In this document: positions 28,501 to 43,500 of the stretch, piece after piece
Layout: each line of letters opens with the position of its first letter
Numbering within the stretch: position 1 is the first letter of the stretch
DNA from: Chiloscyllium plagiosum
Taxonomy: Eukaryota
Length of the DNA stretch: 51,921 bases
Direction: 5' to 3'
Assembly: GCF_004010195.1 (NCBI RefSeq)
Contig: NC_057756.1
Location: 4,371,603-4,423,523 of the forward strand
Made by a program: the position numbers and the translations under genes
The notes under the pieces: generated by a model
Database searches by the model: none
The model's input: only the letters and a program-made list of their open reading frames with translations
What the model was told of the DNA's origin: nothing

Positions 28501-31500
28501 CTTCATTGAAACTCCCATTTCAGATTTCATAACACTCAAGCATGCCTTCAAACCAACTGTGCTACACCATTGGCCAAACATGTTTTAATGTAGTTTTCCA
28601 AATCGAAACCTTCGTTATGTCAGAGTGACATGATAAGCATAGTGAGTTAAACAATGTGCAAGTTCGTCACTGAATTATATCCCTCGACTTCGCTGTAGCT
28701 GGTATCTGAAAATACACAAATGGCAATAAGGGGCTTTTATCTCTTTTGTTTGCAGCTTCATTCAACATTCTATGTAAGACTTCTTGTGTATGGAACTATG
28801 CTGTCCTTTTCACATAAAAGTGTTGTAGGTTACAGAAATAAATTAAAAATTATTTTTTCATTAATTTTTTTAAAAAGTTCATTTTGGCCCAGCAGGCAAA
28901 TTTCTGCCCATCTGGACTTGAAACCATCTGCAATTTATTCAACAGAAATAAACACACTGAAAAGTGAACTTGAAGACTGTGGTAAGTAATAAAAAAGAAA
29001 TGGCCTTCTCCGACCAGGATGTCAACGCATTTATTTTTATTAACCTTATTATTAAAGTTGTAAAATTAAAAAAAAACTATAAAACCTAAATGCTTAGCTG
29101 AAGTAAGTGACGCCAGAATTTCAGTTCTCTAACTGAACTCACCTAACTGTTTCAATTCTGGTGTGAATGGGAATCTGTACTAAACCCTCGGATTATTGGA
29201 AAAATGCGTTGTAATGAGGTGTCTGGCATTGATTGGAGAGTTTCTCAGTTCCAGGCCAGGCCTGCTTAATCCATCTAAGTAAGAGAATGGGCCAAATCAT
29301 TTGAAAATGATTGTTCGATCGTTAGAAGAACGAGAGACTCTGCAGAAGTGAAATCAGTCCCTATGCAAATGCACCACATTGACTAAAATATGCATTTTTT
29401 TGACTAAAATTAATCCAGTGACAAGAGTCAGGCAATAACCATGTCCACCAAGGAAGAAACTTAATATTGTCTTCGGGCATTGATAGAATCTCCATGTTGG
29501 AAGTCCCACGGATAAAAAAAATCGGATTTTGCCATTGATCAGACATTTGACTAGATGGACGACAGAATGAATATGATTACTATACCAGATAAATGAATAA
29601 GTGTCCTGCAGCAAGTAACACACCCCACAATGCACAAAATGTCGGACAACGAAATTGAAAGTACAATTCAGATCCATTTATCTGCATGAAACCTAACACT
29701 GTCAAGGGTAACACTGCTCAGTTCAGAGAAATCACATTTAAAAAAATGTTTAATCTCTCCAAAACCCACGTTCTGTAACAACAATGTTAACCTTATAATA
29801 GACATACTGTCAAAATTCATCTAGCCTCGTTCGGCAGCAATTTCAATCTAAAACTACCAGAATCAGATGAACAGTGGAAACAAATATACAGGAACAGAGA
29901 TACTTATTATGCCTCCTTCGAGATTTTCAGCATCCCTATTCAGAAATATCTCACAGACCAAAATTCTGTAAATCCTACTCCAACAGATTATTGAGACTAC
30001 ATAAGACAAATTGGCCATAGCAGTTCAAAACAATTCCCATCCATCCTTTCCAAATGCAATTAGAAAATGTACAATAAGTGTTACCTTAACAACCAACACC
30101 CTCTTCGAATAAATGTTCATAATAAAGTACCATCAATCAAGCCTGACACGATCATTCTCCTCTGATTTCTCATTGTTAATTTTCTTAAATGCATGCATCT
30201 CATTGTATTAAACTACTCCTTACCAGTAATATGAATCACATTTGCAGCACATATGACGTAGTTATGCACGTCTTTATATCCGTTGTGTATGTAAATGAAC
30301 TATGCAAGTACAAAATTAGTTTTCAGTCCCTAAAATCAGTGGATTGTTAGTCCGAAAAATACTCTTGCTTTAATGACTTCCAGTGAATCATATTCCCTTC
30401 GCTGTAAAAAAAATAAACAAAATAAAATTTCTAACTATCTGCTCTGTAAATCGTACATCACATAATTGTTTACATTGAACCACACAGGGCCAGAAATAGT
30501 GGAGGAAATTCTAGTTACACCTTATGCGTACACACCATGTATATTTATCTTCCAGTGAGTGATTTTTCGCATGAATGTGACATTTATCAAGTTCTTTTGG
30601 CTCTGAAATCCCTTCATGAACAAATATACGTTTTGGAAGAGCTCAACTGAATTCGAAGAACTTTCTACGTTCATCCCGCCATACATTTCTTGTTGTTATA
30701 TTTGTTTTCTTCTCTCCATGATGACTGAAACGCTCAAATGTCCTCCATTTTTAAAAATAATTCCATACTTTTCTTTCAGAGCTTAAGTTTGCAAACAAAG
30801 AAAAGGGTAAAGTATCTCTTGTTATTTTGTCTTCACATCATTACCTTTCTGCAAAGTAAGTCAAAAGTGTCCGTCACATTATTAGAGGTTTATTTATGTC
30901 TGCTTATGAATCATATAACGTATCAGTTGTGATGTCACTTTATGTGTTGTTTTCCTCAATTTTCATTCAATTCACAATGGTAGAATGCACTTTTCAATCG
31001 CAAAAATGAAGCAAAATCGTAGATTATGAATTGAAATTTATTCATGTGGTGCACATTTTCTCTATCTGATGGAAGTATGCAGCCTAATACAAACTAAAAA
31101 GTAGAATACAATGGTAATGTTGATTTACTATGTTCTATCTTACCAGTATGTTATTTGCAGTCTTGAGAACACATATTAGTGAATCCAATAAGATCCTGAA
31201 CAGACTATTCGCAGTCGATGTGAAACTGATCTCTACGTGGGGATTTTAAAAGCAGGAGACTTTTCATAAAGTGGAACTATTGCATCGCTACAGTGATGTG
31301 GAGAAGATGCTCGCACTCTCTTGTGTTTAGAGTTGCGAATTACCCTTCACAAAATGTAACGGAGATGGATGTTTCAATTGATTTTGCACTGAATTTGAGA
31401 CACGTCTAATCAACAGGGCATTCAAGAGTTACAGATGCACATTACAGAAACAGACTCATTCTTGCCTACGAGATATCCTAAATTAATCTTACCCCATTTG

Positions 31501-34500
31501 CCAGCATTTGACCCATATCATTCTGAACCCATCCTATTTGTATGCCTTTTAAATGCAATCATTCTACCAGCGTTCACTACTTCGTTTGGCAGTTCGTTGC
31601 ATCCAGGCACCACCATTTTTTGTACAAAATTCCCCTTCAGTCCCTTATAAATCTTTGCCCTCTCACTTTAAGCCTATGGCCTCTAATTCTTGAATCACCA
31701 ACCTGTTCATTTTATCTATGTCTGCCATGAACATATCAACTTCTATAAGGCCACCCTCAACCTCTGACGCTCTTGGGAAAATAACTCTAACCTATGCAGC
31801 CTCTCCGAACAACTCGCGCACGGCAACACCAGAAACATCCTTGCAAAGCTTTTTCTGAAACTCTTCAAGTCTCACAACGCCTTTCCTGCAGCAGGGAGAC
31901 TAAAGTCCAACGCAGTATTCTAAAAATAGCCAAACCAATTGCCCGTATCATAACCTCCCAAATCCTAGATACAGTGCACTGACAATTAAAGGCAAGCATA
32001 CAAAACGCCTTCTTCACTATCCTGTCTACCTATGAATCAATTTTAAAGAATAATTAATCTCCACTTCAAAGTCTTATTTCTGTAACACTCCGCAGGACAC
32101 TTACCATCAAGCATATAAGTCCAACTCTGATTTGCCTGAAGTAAATCGAGTCCTTCACATTTATCTAAATTAAACTTCCTCTGCCATTCAACAGCCCATT
32201 GGAACATCTTGTCAAGGCCGCTTTTAGAATCTCAGGTAACCTTCTTCACTGTCTACGACACCATCAGTTTTGGTGTCATCCTCAAATTTAGGAAGCATAC
32301 CACCGATATTCATATCCAAATCCTGGATAATACTGAAAAAGATCGTGGATGCAACACAGATCCTTTTGCACACTGGTGGTGACAGGGTTCCTGTCCAAAA
32401 TGGAACCCTTCTTCGTTGACTTCCTTATCGTACTTTAGATACAGTTATGAACTCAAATGGCTAGTCCTCCCTGTACTCCATGTGATCTAACCTTGTAAAC
32501 TGTGGAACCTTTCTGAAGACCTGACTGAAATACAAACAGTCCACATCCAAAGCTCTGCCTTCATCAAAATTCTTCATCGCTTAGTCTTATGGAGTCCGAG
32601 ATGCACAGCACTGAAACAGACCCTTCGGTCCAACCCATCAATGCCGACCAGGTATCCCAACCCAATCTCGTCCTACCTGCCAGCAACCGCCCATATCCCT
32701 CCAAACCTTTCCTATTCATATACCCATCCAAATATCTTTTAAATGTTGCAATTGTACGAGACTCCAATTGTACACATTCCATACATGTACCACCCATTGC
32801 ATGAAAAATATTGCCCCTTAGGTCTCGTTTATATCTTTCCCTTCTGACCCTAAACCTATGCCCTCTAGTTCGAGAATCCCCCACCCCAGGAAAAGACTGT
32901 GTCTACTTATTCTATCCATGCCCGATGATTATGTATACCTATATAAGGTCACCCCTCAGCCTCCGACGATCCACGGAAAACAGCTCCAGCCTGTTCAGCC
33001 TCTACGTATCGCTCAAATCCTCCACTCTGAAACATCCTTGTAAATGGTTTCTGAACACTTTCCAGTTTCACAACATCTTTCTTGTAGGAAGGAGACCAGA
33101 ACCGTATGCAATATTCCAACAGTGTACAGCTGCAACATGTCCCACCAACTCCTGTTCTCAATACTCTGACCAATAAAGGAAAGCGTGCCAAAGGCCTTCT
33201 TCACTATCCTATCTAACTGCGACTCCACTTTCAAGGCGTTATGAACCTTCACTCCAAGGTCTCTTTGTACAAAAACACTCCCTAGGAGCTTACCATTAAG
33301 TGTATAAGTTATGCTAAGATTTGCTTTCCCAAAATGCAGCACCACGCATTTATCTGAATTACACTCCATCTGCCACTTGTTCTCAATCAAGTTTGTAAAA
33401 CACGATTTCCTACGCACAAAGTCCTATGGACTGCAAACAGGAAGCTGAAGTTGAGACCACAAAAAGATGAGCCATTTCCGGATGAAATGTTGCAACAAAC
33501 CTGAAAGGCTAATTTCTTTACTTATTTTTCAACGTTTCTGCTCCTGCTGAGGATCATATTTCATGACAGTGAAGAAAGGCAACGTTGGAAACAATAATCA
33601 GTAAATGATCTGCTTTGAAGAAAATGAAAAATGTTTTTGTGCATTTTGGGGAAAGATAGGGGGGCACAGTTGAGTAACTCATTTGTCAGTATGTGATCTG
33701 AATATATTTAAGTTATGACAGTGGCTTTCATGACGTAAATTCAGAATCTATTCCAACAACAATAAATCTGTCCACTGGGGAAAACGCAATGCAACATTTT
33801 CAATGCAATCGATTACCAAAGTATTAGGTTTAAGAACAAAGGTAAACGAAAATATTAAGTAGTCTTAAAACACAGAGAATCACATATATTAAAGTGATGC
33901 TTTCCAAGTTGTTGGATCGTTGTGAAGTATCTCTGCCTAGTATCCCTTCTGGACTAATAGATACAATGGCTATCGGATGGTAAATGCATGTTCAAATACA
34001 TTTCCATCAAAACAAAACTTAAATTTCCGTGGTAACAGTTACCTGACCGGCCTTAAATATCACTTACAGCCTATTTCTGCAAACTGACATATATTTGAAA
34101 AGGTGCATTCGTCGATTTTATTTCTGTTGGGCTGTCATTGACCACATCCTTTCAATAATCTGCATAACGCTGTGTTATTTTCAGCTGTTGATTTACCAAG
34201 CACTCATACAGACACGATGTCACACTCCCAATGCCACTATTTGGAACTGAGCAGACATTATCAGAAATTCCTGCAAAAATGCAAAATGCCTGTTAAAATT
34301 TGTGGAGAAAAAGAAGAAATAAAGGGTCTGCTCCAGTGACTCTTCTTCAGAATTTAATGTGGCTATATGAGTTGAAGTTGGTGTGGGAAGGAGGTGGAAT
34401 AAAGGACTTGGAGATATCTGAGATTTGGTCACATTTGAAGTCGTCGTATTTTTTCTGCACCTTTCAATTTACAATGTCTTGGATGCTCTGCTATATTCAG

Positions 34501-37500
34501 GAAATATTCCATGTGTAAATGTATGTTTCTTTTACAGGTATCAATAAGCTGAAGGAAAGTCTTAACAGTATTGGTAAGTGCAACATTTATTTTATGGTCT
34601 GCCTAGCAGGCTAATGCAAGAAAACGCTATGCAAAACGGATAAAATGACCTCAATGCAAGATGAAGCACATAAGTTATGAATAACGTTTTAAAATATACT
34701 ATTCTTACTCGCTGCTTAATCCACAAGAATAATGTGTTGCAAATGAGAAATACAAGTTTCATACATCTATAACGAACTTTTTTTTTTATTTTCATGTGGA
34801 CGTCATTGCCCTGTATTATATTTAGTGCAATGAGGCATTCCTGGTCTGATGGGTTCAAAACTACAATCTCGCCACTCAAATTGAAGCTCATGGATTACAC
34901 ACATTTGCCAACTTGATTATGCCATCGAGACCATCAAGTGTTCCTCCAGTATGTCAATAATGCTGCACAATTTTTCTCCCTACATCTACTCTGACCTCAG
35001 TGGTAGAAATATGTCAGTATACAGCGCTAACTCAGATTGGAGAAGGCCGTCATTCTCCGTGACTGGATGCAAATCACATTCCTGTTCATTACAATGTGAC
35101 AAAATTATAGCGTTCATAATCCAAAGACAGGTTTATTCCTTATTAGATTAGAGGTATGTGATTGCATCGCCTTCAATGGAGATTTTCGCTGCCCATCGAG
35201 AAGTGTTCAATAGAATACATTCTTTCTCAACACATCACCATTTGTTAACGTTCAATACTTTTGAAATATCACCCATATGTGGAGTAATGCGTGGACCTTA
35301 TGTTATGAAGTCTACCACTAAGAGAGACTGAATGCTGTTCTGAACTGAGAGACTACAATCACCAGTGATGACAAGATAGCAGACCCAGCATGTAATGGAA
35401 AAAACATATATGTAACGTTTGCCTGTGAAATGGATGGCTGAATTGTTTGCTGTTTTCACAACACTTCGAATTTAAACAGTCAGTTTAAATTATGCCCAGA
35501 GATTCTAAATCCCAATCAAATTTGAATTAATTGTTTGCCAACATCGAATCAATGGGACGATCCGATTCTGGGGATATGAAATGTAGGCATTTTGAAAATC
35601 GGACAGAGCAATTGCTATTAACACAATCCAAGAAAGGAGGAATTCTGTCTATCAAAGGAAAGTGTTCATTTGAAACATATTCGCAGTTAAAAGGAAGAAG
35701 ACAACTTCGGGAGACTTTCAGCTGGAAGGAGACAAACACCAAAGACGACGGACACTGTGTCGTTTTGAAATTAAGTTGATGCCATCTTAATTGATGTTTT
35801 ATTGGAACAATATATGTTGTGGAGTTGAAGATAGAAAATAAAATTTAAGAGAAAGGGGGCGGTGAATAGTTAATGTTTAATGTTCACGTTCACAGTTTAA
35901 AAAGAAACTAATGTTATTTTCATTAAATAGTGAAATTTGGGGAGTTCACGGCCACTCAGGTTTTATGGATTACGAGGCGAGTTGAGCTTTTCTGAATGTT
36001 TGGTTTAATTAACAGAAGGGTCCACTGCCGTGGAACAACAGTAGCCAAATGGATGGGGTAGTGGGAGGAATGAGAACTGGACTTTAAGCACAGTGTCTTA
36101 TTTGACAATTGCTTCAAAATGCGATTTGCGAGCAGTGAAATTGTGTCCTTGATGAAGTCGCAGTCAAATTTATTTTCAGGATGTGTGCTAGTCCTGCATG
36201 CATAGAAATCTCATTATGATGAAGAACAAATGATCATTTCTGCTCGATTTTTTGTGAGTCGAAATAACGTAAAAGCAAAGACTTTCTTTTCCTCACATTG
36301 GACAGATGGATATTATATTGTACTGCTACACGAGTATGTGGGTGGGACTGTTGCTTTTCTGGAGGTGACTCACAGGATAAGAAAGGTTGATTCAGCATTT
36401 TCTCCAAAGATGCTACCCGACGTGCTGAGTTTTTTTTTCAGCAATTGCTGATTATTGTTTGTTTAGAACTGATGCTACTGTTTTCAATTCAGCGAATTAC
36501 ACTTTTGAATTCTGGCTCTGTTGAAACGCATGCCTTCAGATATCTTTATCTTCTTGTCGTGTTCTTTTCTCGTAAAAGAATATCCCACTTCAAGTACATT
36601 GGGCCACTGTGCATTCACAAAGTGTCAGAGAGTCATACAGCACAGAGACAGACTCTTCAGTCCAACTCGTCCATGCAGACCAGGTACACTAAACTAACTA
36701 ATCCTATTTCCCTGCGTTCAACCCATAAAACTTTGAACTTTTCCTATTCGTGTACATATCTGCATGTCTACATGTCTTTTTACAGTTGTAATTCTACCCA
36801 ACAGTGGAATTACAGTTGGGTAGAATTACAGTCGTTGGGCAGTGCATTCCATACAGGAACCACATACTATGTGAAAATATATGCCTCAGGTCTCATTAAA
36901 ATGTTTCCCCACTCGCTTTAAAATAATGCTCACAAGTTTTGGACCCTTGGAAAACTATCTTGTTTGTTCACGTTATCAGTGGAACTCTTGATTTTATCAA
37001 TCTCCTAAATCTCAGGTAAAAGCTTCCCAGGCTATCAAACCTCACCTTGTACCTCAGAATTACTAGTTATGACCACAACATGTTTTACTCTATTCTTTGT
37101 TTTTTAACATTCTTCCTATAGCAGAGCGAACAGAATCAGATGTCGTTTTCCAAAGGTGGCCTTACCAATGTCTTGTATAGCCAAAATATGATGTCCCAAC
37201 ATCTAGAGTTAATGTTCTCATCAATGGTAACAAGCTAGCCAAGTGTTTTATTCAAAATACTGTCATCCTACAATAACACTTTCAGGGAACCACGTGGCAT
37301 GCTCCCCTCAGTCCCTCTCTTTAATAATACACCCCAACGCCTGGCCATTAACTATGCAATTTCTGTCCGATTTGCCTAATGTTTGAAGATTGCAAGGAAA
37401 GTTAGAATAACCGAATCCCTACAGTGCATAAGAGGCTATTTGGAGCAAGGATCTGCTCCAAACGCCGAAAAGCATCCACCTAGGCATAGACCACACCTTA

Positions 37501-40500
37501 TCCATGTAACCCCGCATTTATCTTGGCTGTCTCAACGAGTCAACACATTGATACAAGATAGGGAAATGTACGCATTTCTGTTGCTTTGTGGTTGTCTATT
37601 GCCATTTAAAATGAGGAGTAATGTTGTGTGAACACGTTGGTGTATCCAATTAATCTTTCAAAAAAAACTCTGCTGCATTGTATCTTTCAATCCTTAGTTA
37701 TGCAGTCAGGCATGTGGACATTATAGATTGGCTTCGGAAGGAACCAGATCAGTAGTCATAATAAATTATCACGGCTCCAGTTGTATTGATCTCGCCTGAT
37801 CAAGTTCTTGAAGGAAGGTAAAGCGTGTAAATGCCATTGTCGTTCATCTTATTGCTGTTAACATCTGATTGCCCCGCTGTTGGATGACAATACTTTTCAT
37901 AGCAAGATCATTTCTTTAGGAGTGAACCTTTACCATTGGTACAAGTGTATAATATTCATGAAAGGGTTCACTTTCTTCATGACTCTGAATTAAAAGCAGT
38001 ATGGACGTTCAGTATGTCCACTGCAGTGAAGCAAAACACTGTTCGAGGCTTGTGCTAAATCGTGGTTTTCTTGTCTTTCGTCGTTTGTTGCATCAAGTTA
38101 AGGAGCATAATCACTGCTGATGTACAATCTCGACGTTTTAGTATGTAACTTCAAATCATCAACTTAGTAGGACCAGAAATAATTCGGGAATGTGAATTTT
38201 CTCTTGTAAAAACTATTCTGTTCATAAATTGAAAGTCTTCTGAAATCCAACGTTGAAAATCCAGTGAAGGCATTATTCGCTATGGATCGTGACAACTTTT
38301 CAAGAATAAAATGTGATTAGTACTAGTGACAGTAAAAATACGAGGCTATGGCAGACGAACGCTTGGCTCAGGAACTGATGTAAGAGTTCCCTTGCAGCTT
38401 TTTTGATCATTGAAATGTCTTCTGGACAGTGGTGACCTGTTCAAGAGGAATGGGCAACACTTGAAATGAAAGGGGACGTATGCCCTCTCAGCGCACTCAG
38501 GAGGGTTTGAACTAGTGTGGCAGGGAGATTAAACCGAAGGGAGGCGGAAAATAAAACAAGTTTGAGAGCTCGTTCAGAAGTTAAACAAAGCAAGATAAGT
38601 AGACAGGGTAGGGAAGAACACGGCGGGGAACAAGGGAAAACGGATGAATTAAGCTGCATTTAGTTTAATGCAAGAAGCATGGTATGCCAGATCGATCAAC
38701 TCAAGGCATGAATTGACAATTAAGAATGGGATATCATAGCTATTACAGAAATGCGGCTTGGGGACGAAAGGAATGGAAGGTCAATGTTGTAGGCGATAGA
38801 TGCTGCAAGAATAATACAAGTTGAGATGAGGTGGAGTTGCGTTTTGATTAGGAGAAATAGCATGGCAGAACTTAGAGAAGATATTGCTGAGAGATTGTCT
38901 GTTGACGCTACATGGGTGAAGCTGACAAAAAAAGGAAGAATGGTTATTTTGATGGGATTGTACTTCAGGCCTCCAAATAGTCTGCTCGAAATTGAATGGC
39001 AAATACACGGAGAAATTGCAAATAGGGAAAATACAGTTATAGCAGGAAGGGGTTTTCACTTTCCAAACATCGACTTGGAACTGCCATAACTTTAGTGGCT
39101 CAGATGCGAGGAATTTGTAAAGAGATTTGAGGAAAGAAGTCTTGATCAATATGTAATTGGATCTATGAGAAACGGGGCAAAACTCGGATTCCTCTTGCAA
39201 AAGAAGGCATGGAACCTGACTGAGGTATTAGTTGGGGAGCACGTGGAGACTAGTGAAACTCATTCTATTATGTATCATATAGTTAAGGAAAAACTTACTC
39301 TGGGACATAGGTTAAAGTTCTAAAATTGTGGCAAGGTAAATTTTGTTATTGCTCGACAGGAACTTTCAAACGTTGGTTGGGGAAGCTATTCACATGCAAA
39401 GGGACGTTAAGATATTGGGAAGCTATAAAAGTGAGATGAAGAGACTTCCGTCCTGCATGTTAATATTAGTCTGAAAGCCAACGCTGGTAGGATTTTGGAA
39501 CACTCAATGACCAAAGAAATTTAGACACTCGTCACGAGCACAAAGGTATCATGTATCAGATATTGGCATCTGGGGTAAACTAATTTGATGAATATAGTGC
39601 TCCAGAAGTACACTTAATATCTACATCAGACGTTCGAAAAGTGTGTATGAGACAGTTCTATCGGCCAAGGTAAAGAAGAATTCAAACACGTTCTATATTA
39701 ACTGAAAAGAAAACCTAGGTAGAGAGTAGGCCACATGAAAGAGCAACAAAGTCGCACATATGTGGACGGAGAGATGGAAAGCAAATATTTCTCGCCAAAA
39801 TTAACCATGAGGAAAGATATGGAAGTGAGATAATCACGACAATAAGTGGTGGTTATGAAAAGAGTCCACATTATATTAGATGACGCTCTACATTTCTTAA
39901 AGTATACAAAGATGGCCAAATCCACAAGACATGATCAAGTGAATATCAGGATATTAGGTGAAGCAAGCAAATAAATTACAGCATCATTGACAGTCTGGGT
40001 GAGGTGCTTGACGACTGAAGAGTGGCTAAATTCGCATAATTTAAGAACGGCTTCAAGGATAAAAAGAAGGGAACTACAGACATGTGAGCCGAACGTCACT
40101 GGTGTGTAAGTTGTTGGAGGGGCTTCTTCGAGACAGGATTTGCATGTGTTTCGAACAGGAACGACTGATGACGGATAATCAGCATAGCTTTGAGCATGTG
40201 AAATTGGTTCCCACAAATTTGATGCAGATTTTGGAAGAGGCGATCAAAAGGATGGATGGGGGATTGCAGTAGACGTGTCTGCAGGGACCTTAGCAAGGCC
40301 TTTGACATGATGCCGAAACATAAACTGGCTATTAGTTTTTGAAGTACATGTTATCCATGAGATCTAGCCAAATGGATGCAGACTTTGCATGACTGCACGA
40401 GACAGAATGGTAGTAGATGATTGTTTTTTTTTTCAGACTGAAGACAATTTTAATAATGGTTTGCAGCATGATGGATGCTGAGTCAAGTTCTGTTTGTGTT

Positions 40501-43500
40501 TTATTAGAAACCATTGTCTGTAAGTAAAATTGGCACGGTCAGTAAATTTGATGATTACTGCATTATTGCTGATATATTGGGAAGTGAAGAATGTTCCTTA
40601 AGTGTACAGTTAGATCTTGATCTGCAGGATGAGTGGGCTGAGGAATCACGGAAAGACTGTAATTCTGATAAATCATGGCTATTGCATTTTGGTAAGATAA
40701 AACAGGACAAGACTTAGACAGTTAGTGTTAGAGACATGAGGAGAAGTGTTGAACAGAGAAACATAGGAGCACAAGTATATTGTTCTTGAAAGCGGCGTCA
40801 TCTGTAGATATGGTGGCAAAGCGATTGTTTGTCATGCTTGTCATCATCGGTTATAACACTGAGTACAGGAATCGGGACATTATGATACAACTGCACAAGT
40901 AATTGACAACGCCATATTTGAAGTACTGTGTGCAACTGCTGTAGAAAATATGTCATTGAAAGAGAAAGGACGCAAAAAAAATTGCAACCATGTTCCCAAG
41001 GTTGGTGGATTTGAGTTATAAACAAAAGTTGCATAGTCTGGGGTTTTCTTTATCACCTGGAGTTTAAGACGTTGATTGGTGATTATGTAAAGATTACAAA
41101 CATCACAAGGGGCATTGATAAAGTGATGGATGATGCATTTTCTTTTGAAACACGATATCAAAACTAGTTTACAGATGTAAGGTGACAAGAAAAATATTCA
41201 AATAACAGCTGAGGTCACTTTTAATGCGCGAAGTGTGGTGTTTGGATGGAATGAGCTGCCAGAGGAAGTTGTAGAGCCAAGCACAATTACAATGTTTAAA
41301 AGGTATTTGCACAGGAATATAGTTAGGAAGTGCCTCAAGGGATATGCAAGAAAATGGAACTAGTTCAGTTAACGACACTCAGAGAATGCAAATGACTTGT
41401 GCCAAATGTGCTGCTTCCATTTTATATACTTCTACAATTCTGTGACTGTATTGTGTGCCATCGACAACTGTCCATGTTAATTTGTCCCATGCTGTCTGAT
41501 CATGGAAGTAAAAGCAAACAGAAATATTTTTCTCATATTTTTTGTTGACTGAATCTTTTAAAAAAACGCACTTATATTTAACAAAATCCAACAAATCAAT
41601 CTTTCCAGGGCAACACAATGTTACATATCCCATGTGTGTCTATATGTGACTATGCCACATTTATGCATCACGACTTTTGTATTTTTGCAAGTTTTCTCGT
41701 TTTTCACAGAAATTGGTGATTTTGCTGCTTATTGAAAAGTCTGGTTGATTGAATCTATTGTCCAGCAACAAAGCAAATCAAAATTGTAAAAATAACAAGC
41801 AGGCATTTGACTCAGTCAGATGATATGACCCATGCTGTCAGAGGGGGAAAAAAAACAAATTTTGTGTAATGCTCTAAATTCAGCTGTATATCGTGTTAAA
41901 TTTGTGGTCAGACAAGCGGTTTAAATGGAAATCGCATATATAAAATTGGAATGGGTGCTATCACAATCGAAGCAACGAAAATAAATCTCATCTTTTTTTG
42001 GACAATGTTCTAAAACCTTAAAATTCGAAATAACTTTCAAAGTTAACTAAGACCTTTCATATGTCATATATCTTTTCTCCCCAGTAATTTGCAACAATGA
42101 ACTAAGAGTCAGTTAAGAGCAAAGTTATACGTAAAACTCTGTCTACAGAAAGTGGGCACAATTGAAGATGTAGCATGTCATTTTGCAATGAAGCAGGAAC
42201 GGAACAAGTAAAATAACTCAATTGAATACTGTGGAATTCCACACAATATAACAAGTTTTAACAAGGATTTGAAAAGAAGTGCTTCATTTTGAACTTGAAA
42301 ATTGTACTTCAACTGATAATTTAAGGTAGCGCATCATGTAGATAGCATATTTCAGAAGGCATGTGGAATGCGTGCCATTATTAAACGAGACAACGTTTGA
42401 GTGCATGAGAGTAATGCTGGAGATATATAAAATGTTAGTGTGCTTACAGCTCGGGTGTCACATGCAAATCTAGAATCTACATTACAAGAGTGATGTGATT
42501 GTACAGGAGACAGTGCAGAGATTTATTAGGGTGCTACCTGCGCTAATTTCTAAAACTTCAAAATGCGAAATAACTTTCAAGTTTGCTAAGACTTTTCATA
42601 TGTCAAAGATCTTTTCTCCCCAGTAATTTGCAACAATGAACCAAGAGTCGGTTAAGAGCAAAGTTATACGTTAAAATAAAAGTCTGTTTTCAGAAAGTAG
42701 GCAAAATTGAAGACGTGGCTTGTCATTTTGCATTGATGCTGGAGCGGAGTAAGTAATATAATTCAATTGAATAACGTGGAATTACCTACAATACGACAAG
42801 TTTTAACAAGGAATGGAAAAAAAGGTTATTCGTTTTGATCTTGAAAATCTGTACTTCAAATGATAAGATAAGGTAACGGGGCAGGTAGGTAGCATATTTA
42901 AGAGGGCATGTGGAATGTGTACCATTATTAAAGGAGGCATAAAGCTTGAGGGTGCGAGAGTAATACTGGAAATATATAAAATGTTAGTTAGCTTAACGCT
43001 CGAATTTTGCATGTTAATCTGGAATCTACATTGTAGGACTGATGTCATTGCACAGGAGACGGTGCAAAGGTTTACTCGGGTGCTGCCTGTGCTAATTTCT
43101 TTAACTATAAAGAGAGATTCGATAGACTTGTGTCGTCTTCTTTGGATTGGAGGAGAATGAAGGTGTAAATGATTGAAATGCATAAAACTATGAAGTGCAT
43201 AGTTTGCAGGGATCAATAACGGGGCATAACTGCAAGATAAGTGACAGGGACCGGGCCGGACATGTGAAGGGAAAGACAAACAATGCAAACGACGTTGGGA
43301 ATGCGTTAAAGGTGGCGGAGGCAGGAAAGCTCGGACTGTTTAATAAGTAATTATATATGCATTTACAGTTTCAAGACACACGTGACTTCAGACAAAACGC
43401 TCGAAAATGGTATGAGAATCAATAGGTATCTTTTTTGAACCAGTTCAGACTCAATGGGCTGAAGCCCATTTTTCCCTTCCGTGACTCACTTACTGGATGA

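Noticed and set aside
36445..36921. 158-aa ORF
   Set aside because: Mostly antisense to a decayed CR1 tail; judged a chance ORF
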